Shown here: positions 8,064 to 16,998 of the stretch, one piece after another
How positions within the stretch are numbered: the first letter of the stretch is position 1
How the letters are laid out: every line of letters begins with the position of its first letter
From: a virus
Length of the DNA: 64,000 nt
Strand: one strand, 5' to 3'
Virus record (IMG/VR): IMGVR_UViG_3300049027_000140
Location: 1 to 64,000 of that record
Notes under the pieces: generated by a model
What the model saw: the letters and a program-made list of their open reading frames with translations, nothing else
What the model was told of the DNA's origin: nothing
Databases searched by the model: none
Program-made: the position numbers and the translations under genes

Positions 8064-8459
8064 TCACACCACGCCCTTCGTCTTCCCCCTCATCACAGCC
8101 GGCTCGGGGCTGGTCTCCACGTCCCCCTCCGGCTGCTCGTCCGGCGGCGGCACCGTATCCGGCCGCCTGCCGATCGGCTCGACGCCCACGACGACGAGCC
8201 GCCGGATCTGCTGAACGATGCCGCCCATGCGGCCCGCGACGGCGCGCCCGCTCTCGCCTCGGCGGAGGAGCCGCGCGCAGGTCTCCAACGCGAGGATCAC
8301 GCGGCTGCGGGCCCGGGCGCCCTCCTCAGGGCTGGGCACCGCGATCGCCTGCACATCATCGGCCGCAGTTGCGAGCGCCCGCGCGCAGCATGGCCGGGCG
8401 GCGCTGGCAGCGCGCTCCAGCAGGGTCACGGCGCGGTCGCGGACGGCGGTGGGGGTCAT
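8064..8459 (-). CDS. hypothetical protein
   Basis: ATGA coupling. Confidence 0.55.
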   Translation of the reverse strand: MTPTAVRDRAVTLLERAASAARPCCARALATAADDVQAIAVPSPEEGARARSRVILALETCARLLRRGESGRAVAGRMGGIVQQIRRLVVVGVEPIGRRPDTVPPPDEQPEGDVETSPEPAVMRGKTKGVV

Positions 8460-8686
8460 CCGCCCTCCGCAGCAGGCGCGTCCGTCGGGTCGGAGATGAC
8501 CCCGGTCTGCGCCCAGCGAAAGACGACCTTGGCCAGCAGCAGGAACTTCTCCTCGCTCCAACCCCAGCGGTCCGCGCACTCCGCGGCGGCCCTGAACACC
8601 GTCGTCAGCGCGGCGAGCTCGTCCTCCTCTGGGATGCCTCGCGACTGCCACTTCTTCGGGGCCACCTGCTCCACCGGCTTCGTCAT
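8456..8686 (-). CDS. hypothetical protein
   Basis: ATGA coupling. Confidence 0.6.
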   Translation of the reverse strand: MTKPVEQVAPKKWQSRGIPEEDELAALTTVFRAAAECADRWGWSEEKFLLLAKVVFRWAQTGVISDPTDAPAAEGG

Positions 8687-8775
8687 GCTCCCCCGCTCGG
8701 CACGATCGTGCATCGAATCCCTCTCTCGAGCGCCGCGGCCACGCAGTCGCGCGAGCCACAGAACACGACCATCAT
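8683..8775 (-). pseudogene. internally deleted SLOG/DUF2493-like remnant (MMVVFCGSRD-CVAAALERGIRCTIVP)
   Basis: N-terminal xxCGSRD and C-terminal AxxxGIxxxxV of SLOG fold juxtaposed; still coupled on both sides. Confidence 0.45.
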
Positions 8776-8924
8776 CGCTTCCCTGGGTCCGCGCTCGGCC
8801 GTTGCGCCCAGGTGAGCAGCACGGACTCGACGACCATCAGCAGTGCGATGCCCAGCGCGAAGCCCGCCAGCACCACGATCGTACCCAGCACGGTGTGCTG
8901 GCCGTAGAAGTCCCAGAACGTCAT
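8772..8924 (-). CDS. small membrane protein
   Basis: single TM helix; coupled. Confidence 0.55.
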   Translation of the reverse strand: MTFWDFYGQHTVLGTIVVLAGFALGIALLMVVESVLLTWAQRPSADPGKR

Positions 8925-9253
8925 CGGTCGCCTCCGAACAGCGGAGGCGCGTGCCGGTAGTGCGGCGCCGACTCGGCGATGAAGCGCCCACGAGCGTCCA
9001 CGGGGTTCACCCGGTACGACGACACGCACTCGACCCCCGCGTTGTCCGCCTCGCGCTTCAGCTCCTGCAACAGCGTCACCATCCGCTCCTGCCACTCAAC
9101 AGGCATCGACTGGAGCAGGGCCCGCGGCACCACGAGGTAGTTCGCGTAGGAGAGCGAGAACCACGTGTGAATGGGCCCGAGCGTTCGGCACTCGTGGACG
9201 ACCGTTTGCTCGGAGGTGGCCTCGTCGGTCCCCGTGAACTGCCCTTCCGTCAT
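8921..9253 (-). CDS. conserved phage hypothetical protein
   Basis: IHTWFSLSYANYLVVPRALLQSMPVEWQERMV motif seen in many phages. Confidence 0.75.
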   Translation of the reverse strand: MTEGQFTGTDEATSEQTVVHECRTLGPIHTWFSLSYANYLVVPRALLQSMPVEWQERMVTLLQELKREADNAGVECVSSYRVNPVDARGRFIAESAPHYRHAPPLFGGDR

Positions 9254-9498
9254 CTCATCCTCCTCGCCTGCCGCAAGTTCCGCACGAGCGCCTCCTCGAC
9301 CATCAGGAGCCCGTGCATGGCGTCCCAGAAGTCGCGCTTGCCGTTGCGGGCGATCGCGTAGCAGCGGAGCGACTCTGCCGGGCCGAGAGCCATCCCAGCC
9401 AGCCAGAACATCACCGCGGCCCTGAGGCATTCGACCCTGGACCGCGTGCGGCGCGGGAAGCGTTTCACCCTCAGCGCCTCGGGTAGCACAGCCGTCAT
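9250..9498 (-). CDS. hypothetical protein
   Basis: coupled ORF. Confidence 0.55.
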   Translation of the reverse strand: MTAVLPEALRVKRFPRRTRSRVECLRAAVMFWLAGMALGPAESLRCYAIARNGKRDFWDAMHGLLMVEEALVRNLRQARRMR

Positions 9499-10061
9499 CT
9501 CGCCCTCTCCCACCTCAGCCGCTTCACCAACCAGCGTCCGACCCGCACCCCGCGGCCGTTCCGCTCGCTGAAGAGCAGGCGCCGTCGGCCCGTGTCCTTC
9601 ACAGCGACGCCCGGCCCGCGCTCCCAGAGGCGAGCCCACGCGATGCCGTCGCCGACGTGGGCGCAGATCGGACCGAGGCGGATGTCGCGGCCGGGGCGCT
9701 GCGGAGCGCTGCCGCGCAGGGACACCTCGCGGATCACCGCATCCGGGTCGGCCGGCGTCGTCGCGTCATGGTGGCGCCATCTGGAGTTGGCCCACAGGAC
9801 GCCGTCGCGGCTCTCGATCCAGGCCTCTCCCACGCGCCAGCCTCGCGACCAGAGGATCTCCTCGGGGACCACGGCATCGACAGGCGCCGCCGTCCTGTAG
9901 CCACCCACGTGCTCTGGGGTAGGCTCCGGGCCCGCCACCGCGGGGTTCTTCGAGGCCCTCTTGAGCCGCCACTCGCGGAAGTGCGCCCAGACGACGAGGC
10001 TCTGGAACACGAAGCAGGCCGCCTGGACCAACAGCGCCACCAGTCGAACATCGCGGCTCAT
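9495..10061 (-). CDS. hypothetical protein with N-terminal TM helix
   Basis: coupled ORF. Confidence 0.55.
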   Translation of the reverse strand: MSRDVRLVALLVQAACFVFQSLVVWAHFREWRLKRASKNPAVAGPEPTPEHVGGYRTAAPVDAVVPEEILWSRGWRVGEAWIESRDGVLWANSRWRHHDATTPADPDAVIREVSLRGSAPQRPGRDIRLGPICAHVGDGIAWARLWERGPGVAVKDTGRRRLLFSERNGRGVRVGRWLVKRLRWERAR

Positions 10062-11425
10062 CTCCACGCCCTCTCCGCCACCTCGGCGTCGTACCGGCTC
10101 TGCTCGTCGTCGGGCTCCGGCGGCAGCGGCGGGCTGGACGGCTCGCGGCGCGTAGGCGGCTGCTCCGCCAGGGCGCCATCGGCCTCCGGCCCGCGCACGA
10201 AGATCCACCCGACCGGCGCCTCGGTGTCGAAGAAGACGTCGTAGCGGTCCCCGCCCACGCCGACGAGCCTACCGGTGGGCCCGCCCCGGACGTGGACCTC
10301 CGCGCCGCAAGGCAGGCGCCACGTCTGCCCCTCGGCGAGCGGTGGGCGCGCGCCGTCGTGGTCTTGGGCGCCCACCTCCCGCTCCTGCGCCATCCACTCC
10401 ACCGTCGCCTCGACGGGCACCTCGATCGCCTCCGCGGCCTTCCCGAGCCGCGCGCGGCGCTGCCAGAAGTCCGCCCAGTCGATCGCGGCCGAGACGTCCG
10501 CCTCGGCCTCCAGGGCCTGGCGGATGCGCGCGACGTCGCGCCCATGGTCCGCGGCGTCCACGTCCACGAAGTCGTCGCCCGTGGCGCCAGGGTCCGCCGC
10601 CGGCGTCTCGCGCCTGATGCCCAGGCGCGCGAGCCGATCGTCGAACTCGCGTCGGCGCCGCTTCACGTCGTCGCTGCGCTTCCACTCCGGCCACGTAGCG
10701 ACCGCTGCGCTGGCGGCGCTGAGGACACCATCGAGCGGCCCGCGATCTGCGGCGGCCGCTGCCGCCTGCGCGGTCTTCCCCTCCCCCGCATCCCACGCCG
10801 CCATCCGGGCCTGGAGAGCGTGGAGCGGGGCGGCGTGGCCGACATCCTCCCAGTTGCACCCGCCGTGAGCGTCGCAGGCGAAGTCGTCCACGTCCCCGCG
10901 GACCACGTGCGTCGCGGGCTTTCCGCACACGCCGCACTTCGGGAGCGCCGCGGCCAGCGAGCTCACCGCGGCCCGGTCGGCGGCGAGCTCGGCGCGGAGC
11001 GCCTTGTTCTCCTCCAACGCCTCGCCCAATTCGCTGCACGTGGATCGGAAGCTGTCGAGGACGTCGTGGATGGTGGCGTCGTCGTCGAACGCCATCTGGC
11101 GCTTCACCTCGCCGATGGCCTCCGCAATCTCATTGCACGCGTTGACCATGCTGGCGTCCCGCGCCCTCAGCCCCGCGTTCTCCCTGGCCAGCCGCACGTT
11201 CTCCTGGACGAGCGCCTGGTCGGCCACCGTGACTGCGCCCCCGCGGCTCCAGCTCGCGGCGCGGTGCCGCAGGTTGCCGAGCGCCATCTGCGCCTCGGCG
11301 GTGGTGCCCCGGTCCACGGCGTCGAGGACCTCGCGCACAGCGGCGTGGTCGAGCTCGGAGGCGGCGCGCAGGCGCTGCACCTCGGCATGGAGCTCGCGGA
11401 TGTACGCCTCGCGGTAGTCGCTCAC
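10058..11425 (-). CDS. mosaic coiled-coil hypothetical protein with CxxC...CxxH module
   Basis: GTGA coupling; heptad-like segments; CGVCGKPATH...FACDAH. Confidence 0.65.
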   Translation of the reverse strand: MSDYREAYIRELHAEVQRLRAASELDHAAVREVLDAVDRGTTAEAQMALGNLRHRAASWSRGGAVTVADQALVQENVRLARENAGLRARDASMVNACNEIAEAIGEVKRQMAFDDDATIHDVLDSFRSTCSELGEALEENKALRAELAADRAAVSSLAAALPKCGVCGKPATHVVRGDVDDFACDAHGGCNWEDVGHAAPLHALQARMAAWDAGEGKTAQAAAAAADRGPLDGVLSAASAAVATWPEWKRSDDVKRRRREFDDRLARLGIRRETPAADPGATGDDFVDVDAADHGRDVARIRQALEAEADVSAAIDWADFWQRRARLGKAAEAIEVPVEATVEWMAQEREVGAQDHDGARPPLAEGQTWRLPCGAEVHVRGGPTGRLVGVGGDRYDVFFDTEAPVGWIFVRGPEADGALAEQPPTRREPSSPPLPPEPDDEQSRYDAEVAERAWR

Positions 11426-11943
11426 GCCGCGCTCCTCTCTGCCTCGCCCACCAGCCAGCCGCCCTCCGCCAGCATCTCCCGCAGCGCGTCCTCCCAGCGC
11501 GAGAGCCCGACCGCCCTCGCAGCCGCCGCCATTCGCAGCGACTCGAACACGTCGGGCCACCGCGCCTGCGGCACGCGGTTCCAGGCCACCATCGCCAGCA
11601 GCCGGCGGGCCTCGGCGCCTTCGCCGGGGGCGAGCGTGATGTGGTCGAGGTGGTCCCACATCGCCCGGTCGAGGATGCTCTGCAACGACGCGGCGGGATC
11701 GAACCGTGCGACCTCCCAGGCCCGGCCGAAGTAGCTCTCGAGCGTGCTGCTCACGCCGTACGGCACCACGACGAGCCGGCACTCAGCGTCCCACGTCAGC
11801 GCGCCCTCCACGTGACAGGCGCACCGACACGGGCTCTTGCGCTGGTACTCCGGCCGGTGGCAGAGCAGCCCGCGCTCCCGACGCGTCCGCTCCGTGCCAC
11901 CCGGTCGCGCGCACACGCAGTTGATGGGCATCCGCTCGCTCAT
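11422..11943 (-). CDS. Cys-rich hypothetical protein
   Basis: coupled; CVC...CRCACH. Confidence 0.6.
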   Translation of the reverse strand: MSERMPINCVCARPGGTERTRRERGLLCHRPEYQRKSPCRCACHVEGALTWDAECRLVVVPYGVSSTLESYFGRAWEVARFDPAASLQSILDRAMWDHLDHITLAPGEGAEARRLLAMVAWNRVPQARWPDVFESLRMAAAARAVGLSRWEDALREMLAEGGWLVGEAERSAA

Positions 11944-12131
11944 CTCCATTCTCCCGCTCCTCCCCGCCTTCTCCACTCGTCCACCGCCCACAAGAACAGC
12001 GCCAGCGCCGCCAGCGCTCCCGCGATCGCGCCCGTCAGGCTCGCCGTCTGCGGCGCCTCCGCCCGCTGCACGCCGGCCAGCACGGCGAACGGGACGAAGA
12101 GCGCGGCCAGCCGCGTCGCGGCTGGTCTCAC
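11940..12131 (-). CDS. small two-TM membrane protein
   Basis: two hydrophobic helices; coupled. Confidence 0.55.
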   Translation of the reverse strand: MRPAATRLAALFVPFAVLAGVQRAEAPQTASLTGAIAGALAALALFLWAVDEWRRRGGAGEWR

Positions 12132-14273
12132 GGCCCACCTCCAGCATCCAGCGCCATGGGGGCGTCGGCGTGAACCTCGGAAACTCCTGGGTTGGGCGTG
12201 GCGGGCTTCGGCCGCGGCACCTCCACCCTGGCCACGTCGAGCCCCTCACGCACCACGCGGTCGACGGTCTCGGCGGGCGCGTCGGCGGAGAGCGGCAGGG
12301 CGCGGATGAGCGCCACAGCAGCAGCCCGCTCCACGGTCACTGATCCCGTGCCGAGGTCGACGTCCGCCATGCTATCGATCGCAACTGCCGCCCGCTCGCG
12401 CATCTCGGCGGCGCCCTGCTCGCGGGCCACGCGCTCGCAAGCTCGCTCGTGCGCCTTGCCAAGGCGGTCGATCTCCACCTGCGCTTCGCGACGTGCCCCA
12501 CGCTTCGCCTCCCGCGCGGAGCGCCACGCCTCCTCCTCCAGCTCCGCCACCCGCTTCCGCAGTCGGTCCGCCTCCGAGCGCTCGAAGGCGAGGTCCCGCC
12601 GGGCTTGCTCGAGATCGGCCGCGCAGCTTCCCGCATCCGGGGCCTTCTCTCCCCGCGCCGCGGCGACGCCCATGCCGTAGAGCCGCTCGCCGACCATGCG
12701 ATCGTGTTCGCGCATCTCCTCGTCGAGCTTCTCCCACGTCAGCCGCGCGCCCCCGGCGCCCCTCCACGCCTGGTACACCTCGTGGACCTCCCGCCCGAGA
12801 GCCTCCCGGTCCGGATCGCCAGCGACCACCGCGGCCTTCTCCTCGCCCGCCTCCCGCTCTCCCCCGCCGGGCCCGTGCGGCGCATCCAGCAGGCGGCGTA
12901 GGTCGGCGGCGCACGTCCGGTGGGCAGCCTGTACGGCCGCCATGAATCCAAGCATGTAGCGCGAGGGCTTGCCGGCCCTGAGCCTCGCGCGCTCGCCGGC
13001 CATCACCTCGTCCATCTCCGAGGCCTCGGTCTCCCACCCCTCCGCCAGCGCGAGCAGCGCCGAGCGGTCCACGGGGGGGCGCGGGGGTGGCGATGCCCCG
13101 CATCGGGACAAGGTCAGCGCCGCATCGGCAGCGCCCGTTGACCGCCCCGATCACCTCGCGCTCGGTGCAGGTCGGGTTGGGACAATCGCCAGCGGCGGGC
13201 ATGCCACCATCCGGCGCCGGCTCTCCGCCTGTCGCCAGCGGGTGACCGTACTTCGGACACGGGTCGATCACCTCGGCCATGCCCGGGGGCGGTCCGCAGC
13301 GACAAGGATCCCCGCCCGTCGGGGGATAGCCGTCCGGGTGCGTCGCCGGGAGCGACACGTCGAACGCGTCAGAGAGGTCGAGCATGCACGATCGCCTGAT
13401 AAGCGCGCTCGAGTCGCGACGCGCCCACGAACCTGGATCGCTCTCGCTCGTCGCATCCCGAAGCCTGAGAGAGTGCCTCCGCGACGCTTCCCACGACGTG
13501 AGGAGCTCCGCCGCCTTGGCCTTGGCGCGGCGCTCGCCCTCGACGACGCCGTCATCGTGCGTCCTGCGGATCAGATCCGGGATCTGGGTCGCGGCGCGGC
13601 GCTCGCCTTCCTCGATGCCGGCGTTGAAGGCTGGTTGCCTGTCGTCGGCGGCAAGGTGCGGGTCGACGCAATGGGTCGCGCGCTGCCACCGCGTGTCGCG
13701 CTCACGCAGCGCCGCCGCTTCCGCGCGCGCCTCGTCGCGCTCGCGCGTCAGCTTCTCTGCCAGCGCGCCGGCCTCCTCCAGAGCGCGCGCGTGCTTCTCG
13801 ATCGCGGCGAACAGGTCGCGCGGGTTGCCGGTGAAGACGCGCAGGTCGCCACGGTCCAGCGCTTCGAGGGCGGCGACGGCCCGAGCGCTGTTCCGCGTGC
13901 GACACGGCCACGAGTCGAACGCCTCGCAGATCTCCAACGGCCCGCACTTCTGGCTGGCCAGGTCGCTGGCGCTCTCGTCGTAGCCCAGTCGCAGCAGCAT
14001 CCCGGCCACGGCATCGCGCGCTGTGGGCTCGCTCGGGGCGGGCGCAGCAGGTGGCGATTCCGAGCACCCGGGATCTCCGCAGTAGCCGCACCCGTCCGCC
14101 TCTGCCTCGCCGCCGCGCTCCTGGACATCGCGGATGCGCGCGGCGTGGATCGCCTCGGCGACGGGGTCAGGCTTCGCCGGGAGCCTCTGCGCCCGCCGCC
14201 CCGCCAGCGCCTGTGTCACCTCGGCGATCTCCGCGGCCGAATCGAACGTGATCTCCAGCTTGCCGTGTATCAC
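12128..14273 (-). CDS. large mosaic coiled-coil/Cys-rich protein interrupted by a frameshift at the G7 run 13073-13079
   Basis: coding-like sequence switches from frame of ORF 12372..14414 to frame of ORF 12128..13111 exactly at the homopolymer; removing one base gives ...ATPAPPVDRSALL... Confidence 0.55.
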
Positions 14274-14473
14274 TGGTTCTCCTTGCACACTCGCGCGGCT
14301 CGCTCCTCGAAGTACATCAAGACGTAGCCAACAACAAACGCCATGAAGAAGCCCGCGCCCATGCCAAAGGTCACGGCGAGCGCGGCGTCTTGACGGGCGG
14401 CTCCGTTCGCGCACAGCGCGGCGAGGAGCACGACGAACACCGCGTGGACTGCGGCCTGGAGGATGCGCTTCAT
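14270..14473 (-). CDS. small two-TM membrane protein
   Basis: two hydrophobic helices. Confidence 0.65.
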   Translation of the reverse strand: MKRILQAAVHAVFVVLLAALCANGAARQDAALAVTFGMGAGFFMAFVVGYVLMYFEERAARVCKENQ

Positions 14474-14483
14474 GGGGCCTCCC

Positions 14484-14834
14484 TCAGCACCGGATCAGTC
14501 CATCGGTCGGCCAGCTCTGGCCGCCGCTGGTCCCATGGATCTTGCCCAGCGCCTCCTGATCGCCGCCATAGGACGGGTCGATCACGTGCCTGAACTGCGC
14601 CGCGAGGTAGCGGCGGATCAGGGTGGCGTCCGGGCCGACAGGGCTCGGCTTCCGGAGGTGGTCCGTCAGCCACGCGACGAACACGTTGCTATGGTCCGGC
14701 TCCACCTTCGCGACCAGCGCGAGATGCGCCTCGATGCAGCGCGCGGCCGCGCCGTCGAGCTTCGGCGCGACAGACATCGCGTCACACAGCTCAAAGTACC
14801 CCTGCAACCAGTAACAGAACTCGTTCGCCTTCAT
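14484..14834 (-). CDS. conserved phage hypothetical protein (FCYWLQGYFE family)
   Basis: MKANEFCYWLQGYFEL motif. Confidence 0.75.
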   Translation of the reverse strand: MKANEFCYWLQGYFELCDAMSVAPKLDGAAARCIEAHLALVAKVEPDHSNVFVAWLTDHLRKPSPVGPDATLIRRYLAAQFRHVIDPSYGGDQEALGKIHGTSGGQSWPTDGLIRC

Positions 14835-15742
14835 GCTTCGGTCTCCTTCGCGCCGCCGCCCAGCGCATCCGCCGCCACATCCCGCCGCACCTCGGCCCAA
14901 TACGCCTCGCCGAAAGCCCTGTAGTCGAACTCCAGACCTCGCAGCACGCGCTCCACCCGGGCGTATCGCCGCAGGCACGAGGCCCGCAGCGCCTCGACCG
15001 ACGGGTGCAGGTCCGTGGCCGAGAGGAACGGGCGCGCGCGGTCGGCGAGGCGGGGCAGGTACTCGCCGAGCCAGAAGCCCATGAAGTCGGCCCAGCTACG
15101 GTACCGTCGCGCCGTGCCGCCGATGACGCTGTAGCGGTTCAGCCGAAAGCGTCCAAGCTCCTCCTCCGGGAAGTAGCACCGCCCGGCCGCCGCATCCTCC
15201 GCGATGTCCCGCACGTTGTTCCACGCCTGATCCAGCGCTCCGAACGCGCCGATGCTCTCCCAGTGCTCCGGCGTCAGAAACGGGAAGAGCCGGAAGAAGC
15301 CACCCACCTCAAGGACCATGCGGTCGTGCTGCTCCAACGTCACGGGCACGAGGGAGCGGCCGTAGTCGGCGGAGAGGGCGTCGAGCCAGCAGGACCACGC
15401 CTCGAGCGACCGATCGCGCTCGAACATCGACGCCGGCGCCCACGCGCGCCCGATGCTGCGGATCATCTCCGCGTGCGGCTCGAGCGGGTCCGGGACACAG
15501 CGCAGGTACTCGCTCCGCCGCCAGAGACGCAGGAACTGGCCGAGCACCCAGCGGTCGGCCTCGGACAGGCGGTCGACCTCGCGCATCCACCGGCAGCGCT
15601 CCTTCCACACGGCGCGCACGTCGGCGGGCTGGTCGCGCAGGAAGGCGAGGTTGTCCTCGTCCTTGAGCCGGTCGTCGCTGTCGCGGTGGTGCGACGCGTA
15701 GCCGTTGTCGAGGGTGGGGAGAGCGGGAGAGGCGAGGGTCAT
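14831..15742 (-). CDS. squalene/phytoene synthase family protein
   Basis: FGALDQAWNNVRDIAEDAAAGRCYFPEEEL closely follows SQS/PSY signature GxxxQxxNxxRDxxEDxxxxRxYxP; first acidic motif EVDRLSEAD. Confidence 0.8.
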   Translation of the reverse strand: MTLASPALPTLDNGYASHHRDSDDRLKDEDNLAFLRDQPADVRAVWKERCRWMREVDRLSEADRWVLGQFLRLWRRSEYLRCVPDPLEPHAEMIRSIGRAWAPASMFERDRSLEAWSCWLDALSADYGRSLVPVTLEQHDRMVLEVGGFFRLFPFLTPEHWESIGAFGALDQAWNNVRDIAEDAAAGRCYFPEEELGRFRLNRYSVIGGTARRYRSWADFMGFWLGEYLPRLADRARPFLSATDLHPSVEALRASCLRRYARVERVLRGLEFDYRAFGEAYWAEVRRDVAADALGGGAKETEA

Positions 15743-15987
15743 GCTCTCGCACCTCGACTGGCCGGGAGAGCCGCGCGGCGAGCGTCGAGCTCGCTGCATG
15801 TGATCGTCTCGGCGCCCGGCGGCGCGCAGTGCTTCGGCGGGTTGTTCCACCACGAGCGCCCGCACGTCAGGCATGCCTCGGCCTCGAAGCAAGAACCGTC
15901 GTCGCTCATCACTGCGATGAGGTCTGATTGGGTGGCGTGTCCGGCGCACCAAGGACACAGCCCCAGCGGGCTATTCGACACACTCAT
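15739..15987 (-). CDS. small zinc-ribbon protein (CPWC...CLTC; Lar-like)
   Basis: two CxxC pairs; GGAGG RBS. Confidence 0.6.
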   Translation of the reverse strand: MSVSNSPLGLCPWCAGHATQSDLIAVMSDDGSCFEAEACLTCGRSWWNNPPKHCAPPGAETITCSELDARRAALPASRGARA

Positions 15988-16031
15988 CACATCTCCTCCG
16001 CGCTCACGGCGTCCGCCGGCTGCGCGAGTGG

Positions 16032-16059
16032 GGTGTAGCAGGTGAAGAGTTGGGCGCAA
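16032..16059 (-). promoter_or_regulatory. putative internal promoter TTGCGC-16-TACACC
   Basis: lies in gap after DnaC-like gene; same -35 as other phage promoters. Confidence 0.45.
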
Positions 16060-16068
16060 GGTGGATAG

Positions 16069-16998
16069 TCATGCAGCCTTGGTGTTCGCGACGGGGTGGA
16101 GGTCGATAATCACGCCCTGCTCCTCGATGCGGTTGATGGTCGGCGGGCCATACCGCTCCTCGAGCTCAGCGATCGTGCGCCCGCTGGTGATGAACGTCGG
16201 CCTCCCGCGGTCCTCGCAGCGGTCGTAGATCACATCGCGGATGACGGCCGGGTCCTCCTCGAACCCCACCTCATCAAGGATCAGCAGCGTCGCGCGCTGG
16301 GCGATGCGCTCGAGTTCCGCCAGCTCACCGAGCCGCGTCTCACGGCGCGCCCGTCCGAGCTTCAGGCCGGATACCACCCTGACGCCGCGCGCGAAACGGA
16401 ACGCGTTGGCGTCAAGTCCCCCTTGCAGGGCCTCGTCGAGGATGCGGTGCGCGCACGCGATTGCTGTCTTGCTCTTGCCAATGCGCGTTGGCCCGACGAG
16501 AAGCACGTTACCAACCTTCCGCTTCCAGACGGCGCGCTCGATGAGCGGTAGCGCTGCCTGCGGGTTCGCCGACCGCCGCGCCGCCTCGCGCGCCTTCTGC
16601 GTTGCATCCGCAAACTCCTGCTTCCCCACGCGGCACCACTCGAGCGAATCCGCGGCGCTCGCCGCGGACCCCACACGAGAGACCGAGTCGTACGCCTCCG
16701 CGAGCAGCGCGAGTCGCTGCCGCCGGCGGTCCTTCTCGGCGCACGGCGCGCAGTACCCGCCGCGGCGCTCGACCGGCTTGTCGCACCCGCCGGCGCAGCG
16801 GAACACGAAGTCCTTGGGCGGCTCGATGCCTGCCCGGCGAGCAAAGAGCCCGACGAGTTCGTCGAAGCCGCTGTCCTGTGGTCCTGCTGGGGCCTCAATG
16901 CGCCTGCGCTCTTCCACCTCACGCAGCATCCGGACGTCGTCCTCAGTGAGGTCGCCGGATGCGTCGCCCGTGTCGTCGATCTCGTGCTCGGTGCTCAT
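16069..16998 (-). CDS. DnaC/IstB-like AAA+ helicase loader
   Basis: Walker A GPTRIGKS, Walker B LLILDE, RPTFITS, N-terminal Cys motif; follows initiator gene. Confidence 0.85.
   Translation of the reverse strand: MSTEHEIDDTGDASGDLTEDDVRMLREVEERRRIEAPAGPQDSGFDELVGLFARRAGIEPPKDFVFRCAGGCDKPVERRGGYCAPCAEKDRRRQRLALLAEAYDSVSRVGSAASAADSLEWCRVGKQEFADATQKAREAARRSANPQAALPLIERAVWKRKVGNVLLVGPTRIGKSKTAIACAHRILDEALQGGLDANAFRFARGVRVVSGLKLGRARRETRLGELAELERIAQRATLLILDEVGFEEDPAVIRDVIYDRCEDRGRPTFITSGRTIAELEERYGPPTINRIEEQGVIIDLHPVANTKAA

Noticed and set aside
7566-8960. Long Arg/Pro/Ala-rich ORFs on the strand opposite the called genes (also 10292-11734, 28818-30311, 35495-37318, 58520-60448, 61007-62827)
   Set aside because: Shadow ORFs expected at this GC content; they overlap well-coupled genes with recognisable motifs
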